A stretch of 64,000 bases of DNA from Alphaproteobacteria bacterium (GTDB lineage Bacteria > Pseudomonadota > Alphaproteobacteria > GCA-2731375), in NCBI GenBank assembly GCA_965232515.1, contig CBDDPY010000002.1:4704001-4768000 (forward strand), in the 5' to 3' direction. The position numbers were made by a program, and so were the translations under genes. Each line of letters opens with the position of its first letter. Position 1 is the first letter of the stretch. The notes below the pieces were generated by a model. The model had not been told where the DNA came from and did not search any database. It saw only the letters and a list, made by a program, of their open reading frames with translations. Shown one piece after another: positions 29,888-38,779 of this stretch.

Positions 29888-30322
29888 TTGAACCTGCCAA
29901 AGCTCGTGCTTGCCGCGATTGCCGCCTGCGCCATTCCGGGCGTCGCGGCTGCCGGCGATCTCGTCGGGTCCCGCGGATATGCGATGAATGACCTGTTTGT
30001 CGATCTCGACACGAACCAGAACGGCAAGGTCACGCGGGACGAGCTGTTGCAGCACAGCGCGCTGCGATTCCAGGAGACGGATATCAACGACGATGGCGCG
30101 CTGGATCCGGAGGAATTCATCGCCGCCATGCTGCGGCCGTATCGGGATCAGATCCGGCGCCGGTTCATGTTGTTCGATACTGATGGCAACGGCGTGATCT
30201 CCGAGGCCGAGCTCGCCCAGGTCATTGTCCGGCAGTATTCCCGCCTCGATGGCGATTGGGACGGCGGCATCACGCTGAACGAGCTACGGGCGGCGGCGCG
30301 ACCGCCCGGGCCCGGCAATTAG
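29888..30322 (+). CDS. secreted EF-hand protein
   Basis: Four loops: DTNQNGKVTRDE, DINDDGALDPEE, DTDGNGVISEAE, DGDWDGGITLNE; signal peptide; AAGGAG RBS before TTG. Confidence 0.88.
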   Translation: MNLPKLVLAAIAACAIPGVAAAGDLVGSRGYAMNDLFVDLDTNQNGKVTRDELLQHSALRFQETDINDDGALDPEEFIAAMLRPYRDQIRRRFMLFDTDGNGVISEAELAQVIVRQYSRLDGDWDGGITLNELRAAARPPGPGN

Positions 30323-30396
30323 CCGCGCCGGCGCGTGACGGAAATCGCGGCCGCGATGGGGGTTCTTGCCGGCCGGATCCCCTAACATCGGCGGCG

Positions 30397-30960
30397 ATGG
30401 TGAGCGACAGGCAGGCAGATGCCGAGTTGATGCGCCGCGTCGCGGGCGGTGACGATGCCGCCTGCCGCCAATTGGTGGTCCAGCACGCGTCGCAGATGCT
30501 GGGGCTCGCCCATCGCATGCTCGGAGATCAGGCGTTCAGCGAAGACGTCGTCCAGGAGGCTTTTCTCCGGCTTTGGCGCCAGGCACGACGCTGGCGGCCG
30601 GATGCGCGGGTCGCGACCTGGCTCTATCGGGTGGTGCACAATCTGTGCATCGACGAGTTGCGGACGCGCCGGAAACTGTCGGACGAGGAGCCGCCGGACC
30701 GGGCCGATACGGCGGATGGACCGATGATGATCGAGCATCGCGGCCAGGTCGCGAGACAGGTCAACGCTGCCATCGCCGACCTGCCGCCGCGGCAGCGGGC
30801 GGCGATCACCCTGGTGTATCACCAGGAAATGAGCAACATCGAGGCGGCGGCGGTCATGGACGTAACGGTCGAAGCGCTGGAATCGCTTCTGGTGCGCGCG
30901 CGGCGAAAGTTGCGGCAACAGCTTATGGTCAAGAAGGAAGATCTGGTCGGGGAACCATAA
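30397..30960 (+). CDS. ECF sigma factor
   Basis: EDVVQEAFLRLW, TWLYRVVHNLCID, LPPRQRAAI, ESLLVRARRKL. Confidence 0.93.
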   Translation: MVSDRQADAELMRRVAGGDDAACRQLVVQHASQMLGLAHRMLGDQAFSEDVVQEAFLRLWRQARRWRPDARVATWLYRVVHNLCIDELRTRRKLSDEEPPDRADTADGPMMIEHRGQVARQVNAAIADLPPRQRAAITLVYHQEMSNIEAAAVMDVTVEALESLLVRARRKLRQQLMVKKEDLVGEP

Positions 30961-31370
30961 TGTCAGAGCGAAACGACATCACACCTGAACGTCTTCGCCA
31001 TCTTCTGGACGCCTATGGCGCCAATCCGTCGCGTTGGCCGCCGGGCGAGCGCGATGCCATGCGGACGTTGCTCGAGCGCTCGCCCGAACTGGTGTCGTGG
31101 CAACACCGGGCGGCGGAACTGGACGGGCTGTTGGACCAGGCCACCCTGCCGGCGGCCGATCGCGCATTTATAGACGGCTTGGCCGACGCCGCGGGCACGC
31201 CGGTCTGGCGGCAATGGACGGTGCTGATCTGGCCGTTCGGACCGATCTGGAAACCGGCGCTGGGTCTGACGATGGCGGCGCTGCTTGGCGCCGTGCTGGG
31301 TTACGTCACCACGTCGCCGACCGAGCTCGCGCAGATCTCCTTCGAGATCGAAAGCCTGATCCTGGGATGA
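30960..31370 (+). CDS. putative membrane-anchored anti-sigma factor
   Basis: LLDAYGANPSRWP N-terminal domain plus a TM helix; TAATG-coupled to the sigma gene. Confidence 0.7.
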   Translation: MSERNDITPERLRHLLDAYGANPSRWPPGERDAMRTLLERSPELVSWQHRAAELDGLLDQATLPAADRAFIDGLADAAGTPVWRQWTVLIWPFGPIWKPALGLTMAALLGAVLGYVTTSPTELAQISFEIESLILG

Positions 31371-31374
31371 TGCC

Positions 31375-31869
31375 ATGCGATTGACGCGCCGACTTTCGGT
31401 TCTCCTGATGATCTCCGTGGGGATCAACCTGTTTCTCGCCGGCATGCTGGTGACGCAGTGGCTGACCGCCGCGCCCATGGACATGGCCGGTCCGTTCAAC
31501 CGGCACGCCGCCGAAGCCGCGCTCTCGGACGAGCACCGCGAGGTCGTGCAACACATCTGGGCCGAGAACCACGCGGCCATGTTGGACCATCTGCGCAAGG
31601 CCCGTCGGGTGCGGCAGGACATCAAACGACAGCTCGACACCGAGACCTTCGACAAGGCGAAGCTGGAGCGGTCTTTTGCGACCCTGCGGGACATTATGGT
31701 GCCGGTCGGCACCGACATCTTCGCCACCGTTGTCGAGATCGCCGAGGCGCTGCCCGTCGAGGAGCGTCGGCGTTACTTCGCGACCGGGTTCGCGGGCGGG
31801 CGGCCCTTCTCGCCCGATCCACTTGACCGCGTCCAACCGCCGGCCGAATCCGGTCCGGTGCAGAACTAA
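31375..31869 (+). CDS. periplasmic heavy-metal sensor (CpxP/ZraP-like)
   Basis: ISVGINLFLAG anchor followed by a helical domain ending LPVEERRR. Confidence 0.75.
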   Translation: MRLTRRLSVLLMISVGINLFLAGMLVTQWLTAAPMDMAGPFNRHAAEAALSDEHREVVQHIWAENHAAMLDHLRKARRVRQDIKRQLDTETFDKAKLERSFATLRDIMVPVGTDIFATVVEIAEALPVEERRRYFATGFAGGRPFSPDPLDRVQPPAESGPVQN

Positions 31870-31883
31870 TCGGCAGAGTCGAC

Positions 31884-31911
31884 GACGGAATTTGCACGGT
31901 GTGACGTTCAA
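31884..31911 (+). promoter_or_regulatory. ECF-type promoter (CGGA-N15-CGTT)
   Basis: GACGGAATTTGCACGGTGTGACGTTCAA. Confidence 0.55.
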
Positions 31912-31955
31912 GCACCGGCGCCGCGACAGGGCGCCGTCTTGATACGGAGCCAGCC

Positions 31956-32318
31956 ATGCCGGCACTCGACAGACGTCGCCTCGCCTGCGCGATCGCCATC
32001 GCCATTGCCTGCCCACCCGCCGTCGCCCATGCCGCGACGCTCGACGACGAAGGCCTGCGTCAGCAGATCATCGGCCGCACGCTGAAGGCCTCGATGGGAC
32101 CGGTGACCATGCGCGTGCAGCACAAGCCGGATGGCAGCTCGACCTTGCGGAGTTCACGGCGCAACGATGATGGCAGCTGGCAGATCCGCGAAGGTCAACT
32201 CTGCGTCCGCTGGCAGAACGTGAACGGCGGAGAGGAATCCTGCTCGACCCTGACCCCGCTCGGCGATGGCCGCTACCGGTCGTCGCGGCGCGGCATTGTG
32301 CTCGAAGTCGAGAACTGA
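31956..32318 (+). CDS. small secreted beta-rich hypothetical protein
   Basis: Signal peptide; DDGSWQIREGQLCVRW...C pattern. Confidence 0.7.
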   Translation: MPALDRRRLACAIAIAIACPPAVAHAATLDDEGLRQQIIGRTLKASMGPVTMRVQHKPDGSSTLRSSRRNDDGSWQIREGQLCVRWQNVNGGEESCSTLTPLGDGRYRSSRRGIVLEVEN

Positions 32319-32325
32319 CGGCGCC

Positions 32326-33138
32326 TCAGAACGTAAACCTGTAGCTGATGCCAATCAGGGCGGTGACCTGGTTCTCGGACCCGCCCGGTCCCTCGACGAT
32401 CGGGCTGTCCGCCGCGTCGCCGACAAGGCGCGTGTAGGCGATCCGCGCGGTCGCCGACCAGTTGCCGGCGATGGCGTAGCTGACATTCAGGTTCACGCCG
32501 ACGTCCTTGAACCCGGCCTCGGGCGAAAACGGCGCATAGATGCTGTTGGCCGCCTGTACGCCGGTGATGCCGAAATAGCTCTGCATGTAGTCCTCGCTCG
32601 CCCAGGTGGCGGACATGCCGGGCGTCAGGCGCAGCCGCTGGCCCAACGGCACCATCACGCTCAGCCGCAGGCCGATTAGCGTGCCGTCATGGCCGTCAGC
32701 GACGTCCTGGCCGCCAGTGACGTTCAATATCACGGGGCCATAGCGCGCCCGCAGGAAGCCGCCGGCGCGCAGGCTGGTGTCGACGTCGCCCAGTCCGTTG
32801 AGAAACGGGCTGTCGTCCTCCTCCCGACCTAGGTCGAGCGAGAGCGACGGACCGACGGTGATCTCCCAGCGCCGATCGGCGCTCCGCTTGCGCAACAGAT
32901 CGTAGGTCAGGCCCGTGCCGGCGAGGTTGAAGCCGAACAGGTTCCGGACGCTGATCAGCGGAAACGGGACGGTTTCGTTTTCGTCGGCGCCCTGGAACTC
33001 CGGCCTGTAGACGGCCGCGCCGCCAAGTGAAATTGTCGTCGCGTCGGGGTCCGGCGATATCGGCTCGGCATCGGCCGGTACCGAACCACCGGCAACGGCG
33101 ATACCGATGGCGGCGGCCATTTTCGTTCTGGATGGCAT
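32326..33138 (-). CDS. MipA/OmpV family outer-membrane protein
   Basis: PEFQGAD...LNGLGDVD...YMQSYFGI...DAADSPIV...C-terminal SYRFTF. Confidence 0.88.
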   Translation of the reverse strand: MPSRTKMAAAIGIAVAGGSVPADAEPISPDPDATTISLGGAAVYRPEFQGADENETVPFPLISVRNLFGFNLAGTGLTYDLLRKRSADRRWEITVGPSLSLDLGREEDDSPFLNGLGDVDTSLRAGGFLRARYGPVILNVTGGQDVADGHDGTLIGLRLSVMVPLGQRLRLTPGMSATWASEDYMQSYFGITGVQAANSIYAPFSPEAGFKDVGVNLNVSYAIAGNWSATARIAYTRLVGDAADSPIVEGPGGSENQVTALIGISYRFTF

Positions 33139-33179
33139 GGCGGGACAACTCGCTCGACGGATCGACGGGGAATCCGGCC

Positions 33180-33208
33180 TTAAACGCGCCGGACGACGAA
33201 TATCCGTC
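33180..33208 (-). promoter_or_regulatory. ECF-type promoter (CGGA-N16-CGTT) for MipA
   Basis: Minus strand GACGGATATTCGTCGTCCGGCGCGTTTAA. Confidence 0.55.
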
Positions 33209-33243
33209 GCCGCGATCGTTACGCCGCCTGTTCGCGGCGCGGG

Positions 33244-34383
33244 TCAGTCGTTCAGTGCTTCGCCGAGCGCCGTCAGTGCCGCGTCGGTGTCTTCCGGCAA
33301 TCCCACCGTGATGCGGATGTGGTTCTCGAAGCCCGGCGTCGGCGTGCGAATGCCGCCGATCATCAGGCCGCGGTCGGCCAGCGCCTTGATCACCGGCGGC
33401 GCCGGCCGGTCGAGCTTGGCGATCACGAAGTTGCCGACGCTCGGCATGATCTCCAGACCCAGCTCGCTCAAGCCGCCGGCCAGGCGGTCGCGCTCGGCTG
33501 AGAGCGTCTCGACCAGCCAGTCGCCGTAGGCCTGATCGTCCAGCGCCGCCGCGGCCGCCGCCTGCGCCATGGCGTTCACGTGAAAGGTCTGGCGGATCTT
33601 GTTCAGACTGTCGGCGATCTCGGCCGAGCCGCAGAGCGCGTAACCGACCCTGAGCCCCGCCATGCCATAGGACTTCGAGAAGGTCCGCAGCACCACCCAC
33701 GGCCCGGTGCGGTGCTTGATCGTCGCCAGCCCGTCGGGGCCGCCGGCATGGCGCGCGAACTCGAAATAGGCTTCGTCCAAGGCCAGCAGGCAGTGGTCCG
33801 GCGTCTCGTCGGCCAGCCGCCGGACCTCGGCTTCGGTCAGCATGGCGCCGGTCGGGTTGTTCGGCGTGCAGGCATACATCAGCCGGGTGTCGGGCCGCAC
33901 GGCCGCCAGCATGGCCTCGACGTCGTTGCCGCCGTCGGCCTTGGTCGGCACCGGAATGACTTGCGCGCCGTGAATGCGGGCGGCCAGCGTGTAACGGCCG
34001 AACGACGGGTCCGGCACGATCGCCGACCGGCTCTCGTCCAGCGTGATCTCGGCCAGCGCCTGCAGGATCTGGTCGCTGCCGTTGCCCATGATGATCAGGT
34101 CTTGGGGATGGCCGGTGCGCGCCGCCAGCCGCCTGGTCACCTCCCGCCATTGCGAATCCGGATAGCGGTTGACGCCGGCCGCGGCCTCTTGGATCGCCTC
34201 GACCACCTTGGGCGACGGCGGATAGGGGCATTCGTTCAGGTGCATGCGCCGGACATGCCCCTCGAAGCCTGCGGCCCGCAGGTCCTGCTCGACCGGCGGG
34301 CCCTGGAACGGCGGCAGGTTGCGGACATGCGGCCGGATCGGACTATTCTCGGCCGCGGCGATGTCTTTGCGCGTGTCGTTCAT
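33244..34383 (-). CDS. histidinol-phosphate aminotransferase-like PLP enzyme
   Basis: NECPYPPSP, PNNPTG, DEAYFEF, RTFSKSYGMAGLRVGY; may be a hisC paralogue. Confidence 0.85.
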   Translation of the reverse strand: MNDTRKDIAAAENSPIRPHVRNLPPFQGPPVEQDLRAAGFEGHVRRMHLNECPYPPSPKVVEAIQEAAAGVNRYPDSQWREVTRRLAARTGHPQDLIIMGNGSDQILQALAEITLDESRSAIVPDPSFGRYTLAARIHGAQVIPVPTKADGGNDVEAMLAAVRPDTRLMYACTPNNPTGAMLTEAEVRRLADETPDHCLLALDEAYFEFARHAGGPDGLATIKHRTGPWVVLRTFSKSYGMAGLRVGYALCGSAEIADSLNKIRQTFHVNAMAQAAAAAALDDQAYGDWLVETLSAERDRLAGGLSELGLEIMPSVGNFVIAKLDRPAPPVIKALADRGLMIGGIRTPTPGFENHIRITVGLPEDTDAALTALGEALND

Positions 34384-34457
34384 CGGTCTGACGCTCTACT
34401 GTTTTGTCCGTTGTCGCGGATCGTACCGGCGTGGGTCAACCGGAATCCGAAGCGGCT

Positions 34458-35702
34458 TCAGGCGTGGGCCACCACAATTCTGGGGTCCTCATCGCGGTGT
34501 CGCCAGACCAGGGTGCCGATCAGGACCAGGTTCAGCAGGTTGAAGGCGACGCCGGTCAGGAACGCCCGCTCGTAGCTGCCGGTCAGGTCGAAGATCAGGC
34601 CGCCGACATAGCCGCCAAGGCCCATGCCAATGGTGCCGAAGAAATAGACCACGCCGATGCGCCAGCCGGCCTGGCTGACATGGAACAATTCCCGCACGGC
34701 CAGCGCGTAGGACGGCACGATGCCGCCGAAGGCGAGGCCGAACAGGGCCGAGACCACGTAGAGGCTGGCCAGGCTGTCGACCCAGGCGAAGGCCGACAGG
34801 AACACCGCCTGCAGGCTGGCGCCGATCAGGATCGTGCGCAGGCCGCCGATACGGTCGGCGACCCAGCCGAAGGCCAGCCGGCTCATGAAGGCGCAGCCCA
34901 GCAGCAGCGACAGCATCTCGGCGCCGCGCGCCGTGGCGAAGCCCAGGTCGCTGCAATAGGCGACGACATGCACCATGGGCATGGCCATGGCGATGCAGCA
35001 GCCGACGATCGCCACGCCCAGCATTGCCAGCACCACATTCGGCCGTAGGCCCAGGACCTTCTCGTCGTCGTCGGCCACCAGGCCGGCCGCGCCCGGGCGC
35101 GGCCCGCTTTCCGGCGCCGGCCGCCGCAGACACAGGCTCAGCGGCACCATGATGCAGATCGCGGTAATGCCGAAGCCGATCATCGTCGCGCGCCAGCCCC
35201 ATTCGTCCATGGTGTAGCGGAAGATCGGCGGCCAGATCGCGCCGGCCAGGCTCTGGCCGCCGGCAACAATGGCGACGGCGATGCCGCGCCGGCGGTCGAA
35301 CCACTTCGTCGCGTTGGTCATCAGCGGCGAGAACATGGTGCCGTTGCCGAGTATGCCCAACAGCAGGAAATGCGGCAGGAACAGCGACCAGATGCCGGTG
35401 GCATAGCCCGACAGGATGGCGCCGGTACCGACCATGACGGCGCCGATTAGCGCCGGCCCGCCCATACCGCGCCGGTCCGCCCACAATCCCATCAGGATGC
35501 CGCCGATGCCCGCGCCCACCATGACCAGCGAATAGGCCAGCGACGGGATCTGCCGCGGCCAGTCGAACTCGGCCGCGATCGGCTTCAGGCCGACCACGAC
35601 CAGGTACGAGCCGCCGAACCCCGTCGCCATCAGCAACAGCGAGGCGACGACGACGACCCAGCCATAGGGCGTCTCGACACTGCGAACGGAAGGGGCGTGC
35701 AT
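34458..35702 (-). CDS. MFS transporter
   Basis: Multiple TM helices; GLWADRRG, WFDRRRG, GWVADRIG. Confidence 0.9.
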   Translation of the reverse strand: MHAPSVRSVETPYGWVVVVASLLLMATGFGGSYLVVVGLKPIAAEFDWPRQIPSLAYSLVMVGAGIGGILMGLWADRRGMGGPALIGAVMVGTGAILSGYATGIWSLFLPHFLLLGILGNGTMFSPLMTNATKWFDRRRGIAVAIVAGGQSLAGAIWPPIFRYTMDEWGWRATMIGFGITAICIMVPLSLCLRRPAPESGPRPGAAGLVADDDEKVLGLRPNVVLAMLGVAIVGCCIAMAMPMVHVVAYCSDLGFATARGAEMLSLLLGCAFMSRLAFGWVADRIGGLRTILIGASLQAVFLSAFAWVDSLASLYVVSALFGLAFGGIVPSYALAVRELFHVSQAGWRIGVVYFFGTIGMGLGGYVGGLIFDLTGSYERAFLTGVAFNLLNLVLIGTLVWRHRDEDPRIVVAHA

Positions 35703-35846
35703 GCGCGGGTGGTTCGGTTGATGGCGTTGTATTTATGAACGGTTGTGGCAGCCTAGCGAACGGCCTTGTCGTGCGCCACCCGCGCGCGGCGCATGGCAGG
35801 TTTGCGCGCCGGCGGCGACCAACCGCCGATCAGGGGAGAAACGACC

Positions 35847-36743
35847 ATGACCGAAGCCAAACCGTTCAGCGGCATCTATCCCATGCTCTACGCCTTCTTC
35901 GGCGCCGACGGGCGGCTCGACCGGCAGGCGATGTTGCGCCAGGTCGACGCTTGCGTCGGGGCCGGCGTGCATGGATTGGCGGTGGGCGGCCTTGCCAGCG
36001 AGTGCAACAAGCTGTCGACATCGGAGCGGCGGACAATGCTGGATTGGGTCGCGAACGACCTTGCCGGCCGCGTCCCGCTCAGTGTCACCATTGCCGAGAA
36101 CACCATCGCGGGCCAGATCGACATGGCCCATGCCGCGGCGGCGGCGGGCGCGCAATGGCTGGTGCTGCAGCCGCCGCCGGTGAAGTCGGCCTCGGAGGAG
36201 GAATTGATCCGGTTCTTCGGCGCCGTGGCCGATGCCGCGGAGGTGCCGGTCGGAATCCAGAACGCGCCGGAATATATCGGCATTGGTCTCACGAATGCCG
36301 GCCTGATCGAACTCAACCGCCGGCATCCCAACGTTTCGATCCTGAAGGCCGAGGGCTCGGCCGTCTACATCGCGCGGCTGGCCCAGCAGTCGGGCGGCGT
36401 CTTCACGTTGTTCAATGGCCGCAACGGCATCGAGCTCGTCGACAGCCTGCGCGCCGGCTGCAGCGGTTTGATTCCGGGTGTCGAGACCTGCGATGTGCAG
36501 TCGCGCATTTTCGAGCTCTACCGCAACGGCGACGAGGCCGAGGCCGATCGGTTGTTCGCCGGCCTGCTGCCGCTCTTGATGTTCATGATGGAATCCATCG
36601 ACCACCTGCTCTGCTACGGCAAGCGCCTGGCCGCGCGCCGCCTCGACCTCGGCGAGGTGCATGACCGCACGCCGGCCCAGGCGCCGATCCCCTTCGGTCT
36701 CGAGGTCATGGACCGCTGGTCCCGCGACCTGGTGCCCCTTTAG
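35847..36743 (+). CDS. dihydrodipicolinate synthase family (DapA-like) aldolase
   Basis: GLASECNKLS, IQNAP, Schiff-base LKAE. Confidence 0.88.
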   Translation: MTEAKPFSGIYPMLYAFFGADGRLDRQAMLRQVDACVGAGVHGLAVGGLASECNKLSTSERRTMLDWVANDLAGRVPLSVTIAENTIAGQIDMAHAAAAAGAQWLVLQPPPVKSASEEELIRFFGAVADAAEVPVGIQNAPEYIGIGLTNAGLIELNRRHPNVSILKAEGSAVYIARLAQQSGGVFTLFNGRNGIELVDSLRAGCSGLIPGVETCDVQSRIFELYRNGDEAEADRLFAGLLPLLMFMMESIDHLLCYGKRLAARRLDLGEVHDRTPAQAPIPFGLEVMDRWSRDLVPL

Positions 36744-36895
36744 CTCGGATTTCTCAAACGCTGCAGTGTCCGCGCCGCGCGCGGGTCTCGGGCCCGAGCG
36801 GTCGCCTGAACTGTTAAAATTCGTTAATCCTGGGACGTTATGATCGCCGCTTGCGGATTTGTCATCGCTGCGGCTAGGGACTATCTTCTACCCCA

Positions 36896-37639
36896 ATGAC
36901 CGGCAAAGTTCTGATCATCGTTCATCAGGAGCATTCGACGCCCGGCCGCATCGGCCAGGCGCTGGAAGCGCGCGGTTGCGAGCTGGATATCCGCCGCACC
37001 TGTATGGGCCACGAACTGCCCGAGACGCTGGACGGCCATGTCGGCGCCATCGTCTTCGGCGGCCCGATGAGCGCCAATGACGACGTCACCCTGCCGTTTA
37101 TCCGCCAGGAACTGGAATGGCTGCAGGTGCCGCTGCGCGAGAACAGGCCGTTCCTCGGCGTTTGCCTCGGCGGCCAGATGCTGGCCCGCGTGCTCGGCGC
37201 GCCGGTTTGTTGCAGTGAAAATGGCTGGCACGAGATCGGCTACTACCCCATCCGCGCCACGGCGGCAGGTCGGAAGCTGTTCGAGGCCGAGCAGTACTTC
37301 TATCAGTGGCACGGCGAGGGCTTCGGGCTGGCCGATACGGCCGAGCTTCTGGCCGAAGGGGACTATTTTCCCAATCAGGCCTTTCGCTACGGCCGCGCCT
37401 ACGGCATCCAGTTCCATCCCGAGGTGACGCGCGAGATGATGCTGCGCTGGTCATCCAAGGCCGCGCACCGCATGGTTATGCCCGGCGCCCAGTCGCGCGA
37501 CATGCATATTGCCGGCAACGATCGGCACGATGCCGATATCGCCGCCTGGCTCGACCGGTTCCTCGATCACTGGCTCGATGCGGCGCGGCCGGCAGGCGCC
37601 GAACGTGTCGTCGCTGCCGCCGCCGCCGCAAAACCCTAG
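36896..37639 (+). CDS. type 1 glutamine amidotransferase
   Basis: GGPMS, GVCLGGQ (catalytic Cys), QFHPE. Confidence 0.92.
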   Translation: MTGKVLIIVHQEHSTPGRIGQALEARGCELDIRRTCMGHELPETLDGHVGAIVFGGPMSANDDVTLPFIRQELEWLQVPLRENRPFLGVCLGGQMLARVLGAPVCCSENGWHEIGYYPIRATAAGRKLFEAEQYFYQWHGEGFGLADTAELLAEGDYFPNQAFRYGRAYGIQFHPEVTREMMLRWSSKAAHRMVMPGAQSRDMHIAGNDRHDADIAAWLDRFLDHWLDAARPAGAERVVAAAAAAKP

Positions 37640-38050
37640 CTCTTCCGACGTTTCGACGATTCGGGGCGGTCGCGCCGCGATCACGCGGTGTTTATCGTCC
37701 GCGACTGGATGCCCACTTCCCGGCGGTCCCGGCCGTACAAATATCTTTACAGATGCGATGGCCGGGCGGTTCGCGATATGCCACCGGCCCCGCGCAACGG
37801 GCGCCGCGTCGCGTAGTGCGGCGACCCGGGATCCGCCGCCGCGGTTGCCAATGCCCCCTCTCCTCGCGTCGCGGCGGCGGATCCCAGCGCCCGAGCAATA
37901 TCCCGATCTCTATCCGATCATCTGGTGTTGTCGGATTGATGCGCTTGAATGCCGAGTTACGGTATGATGGCGATCGAGGGGAATCGCCTTTGTTGGGGAA
38001 ATGGGGTTGAAGCCGGAGTCCGCGCCGTGAGAGATGAGCGACTAGCCGCC

Positions 38051-38779
38051 ATGTGCGGCGCCGCCGTACCCTGCGCGGCCATGCGTCGCGATACGGGCAG
38101 CGTCTGCGAAAGCTGCGATATTCGGCATCTGTCGTTCTGCGCCGGTTTGGATGACGCGCACACCGACGGGCTGGAGCGAATTCGGGCCACGGTCTCGCTG
38201 TCGGCCGGCGACGGCTTGTTCATGGAGGGCGATGCGGCGACCACGGTCTACAACCTGACCGAGGGCGCTCTGCGGGTCTACAAGCTGCTGCCCGACGGTC
38301 GCCGACAGATCACCGGTTTCGCCTTACCGGGCGATTTCGTCGGCCTCAGCGCCGACGGTGCCTACGCGTACGGCGCCGAGGCGATTGCCGAAGCAAAGCT
38401 TTGCCGGTTTGCCCGGCCGCAGCTCGAGACCCTGTTTCGCAATCATCCCGAGGTCGAACGCCGCCTGCTGGCGATCACCGGCGATGCCCTGGTCGCGGCG
38501 CAGGACCACATGCTGCTGCTCGGCCGTATGACGCCGGTCGAGAAGGTGGCCGCATTTCTGTTGCGGCTGGCCGAGCGCGCCGGCCGGCTCGGCCGCGCCG
38601 AGGATCCGTTGATCCTGCCGATGAGTCGCGGCGATATCGCCGACTTCCTCGGTCTGACGGTCGAGACCGTCAGCCGCACCTTCACCCGTCTGCGGACCGA
38701 CGGCGTGATCGCCCTGCCGCAACCCGACGAGGTGCATATCGGCGATCTCGACAGCCTGCGCGATCTGCTGCCGAGCTAA
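38051..38779 (+). CDS. Crp/Fnr family regulator, FnrN/FnrL-type with an Fe-S cysteine motif
   Basis: CESCDIRHLSFC (Cx2Cx7C) plus an internal C; MSRGDIADFLGLTVETVSR HTH. Confidence 0.9.
   Translation: MCGAAVPCAAMRRDTGSVCESCDIRHLSFCAGLDDAHTDGLERIRATVSLSAGDGLFMEGDAATTVYNLTEGALRVYKLLPDGRRQITGFALPGDFVGLSADGAYAYGAEAIAEAKLCRFARPQLETLFRNHPEVERRLLAITGDALVAAQDHMLLLGRMTPVEKVAAFLLRLAERAGRLGRAEDPLILPMSRGDIADFLGLTVETVSRTFTRLRTDGVIALPQPDEVHIGDLDSLRDLLPS

Noticed and set aside
30337-30366. Fifth ECF-like promoter directly before the sigma gene (GACGGAAAT...)
   Set aside because: The -35-like part matches, but there is no CGTT at 15-16 nt spacing
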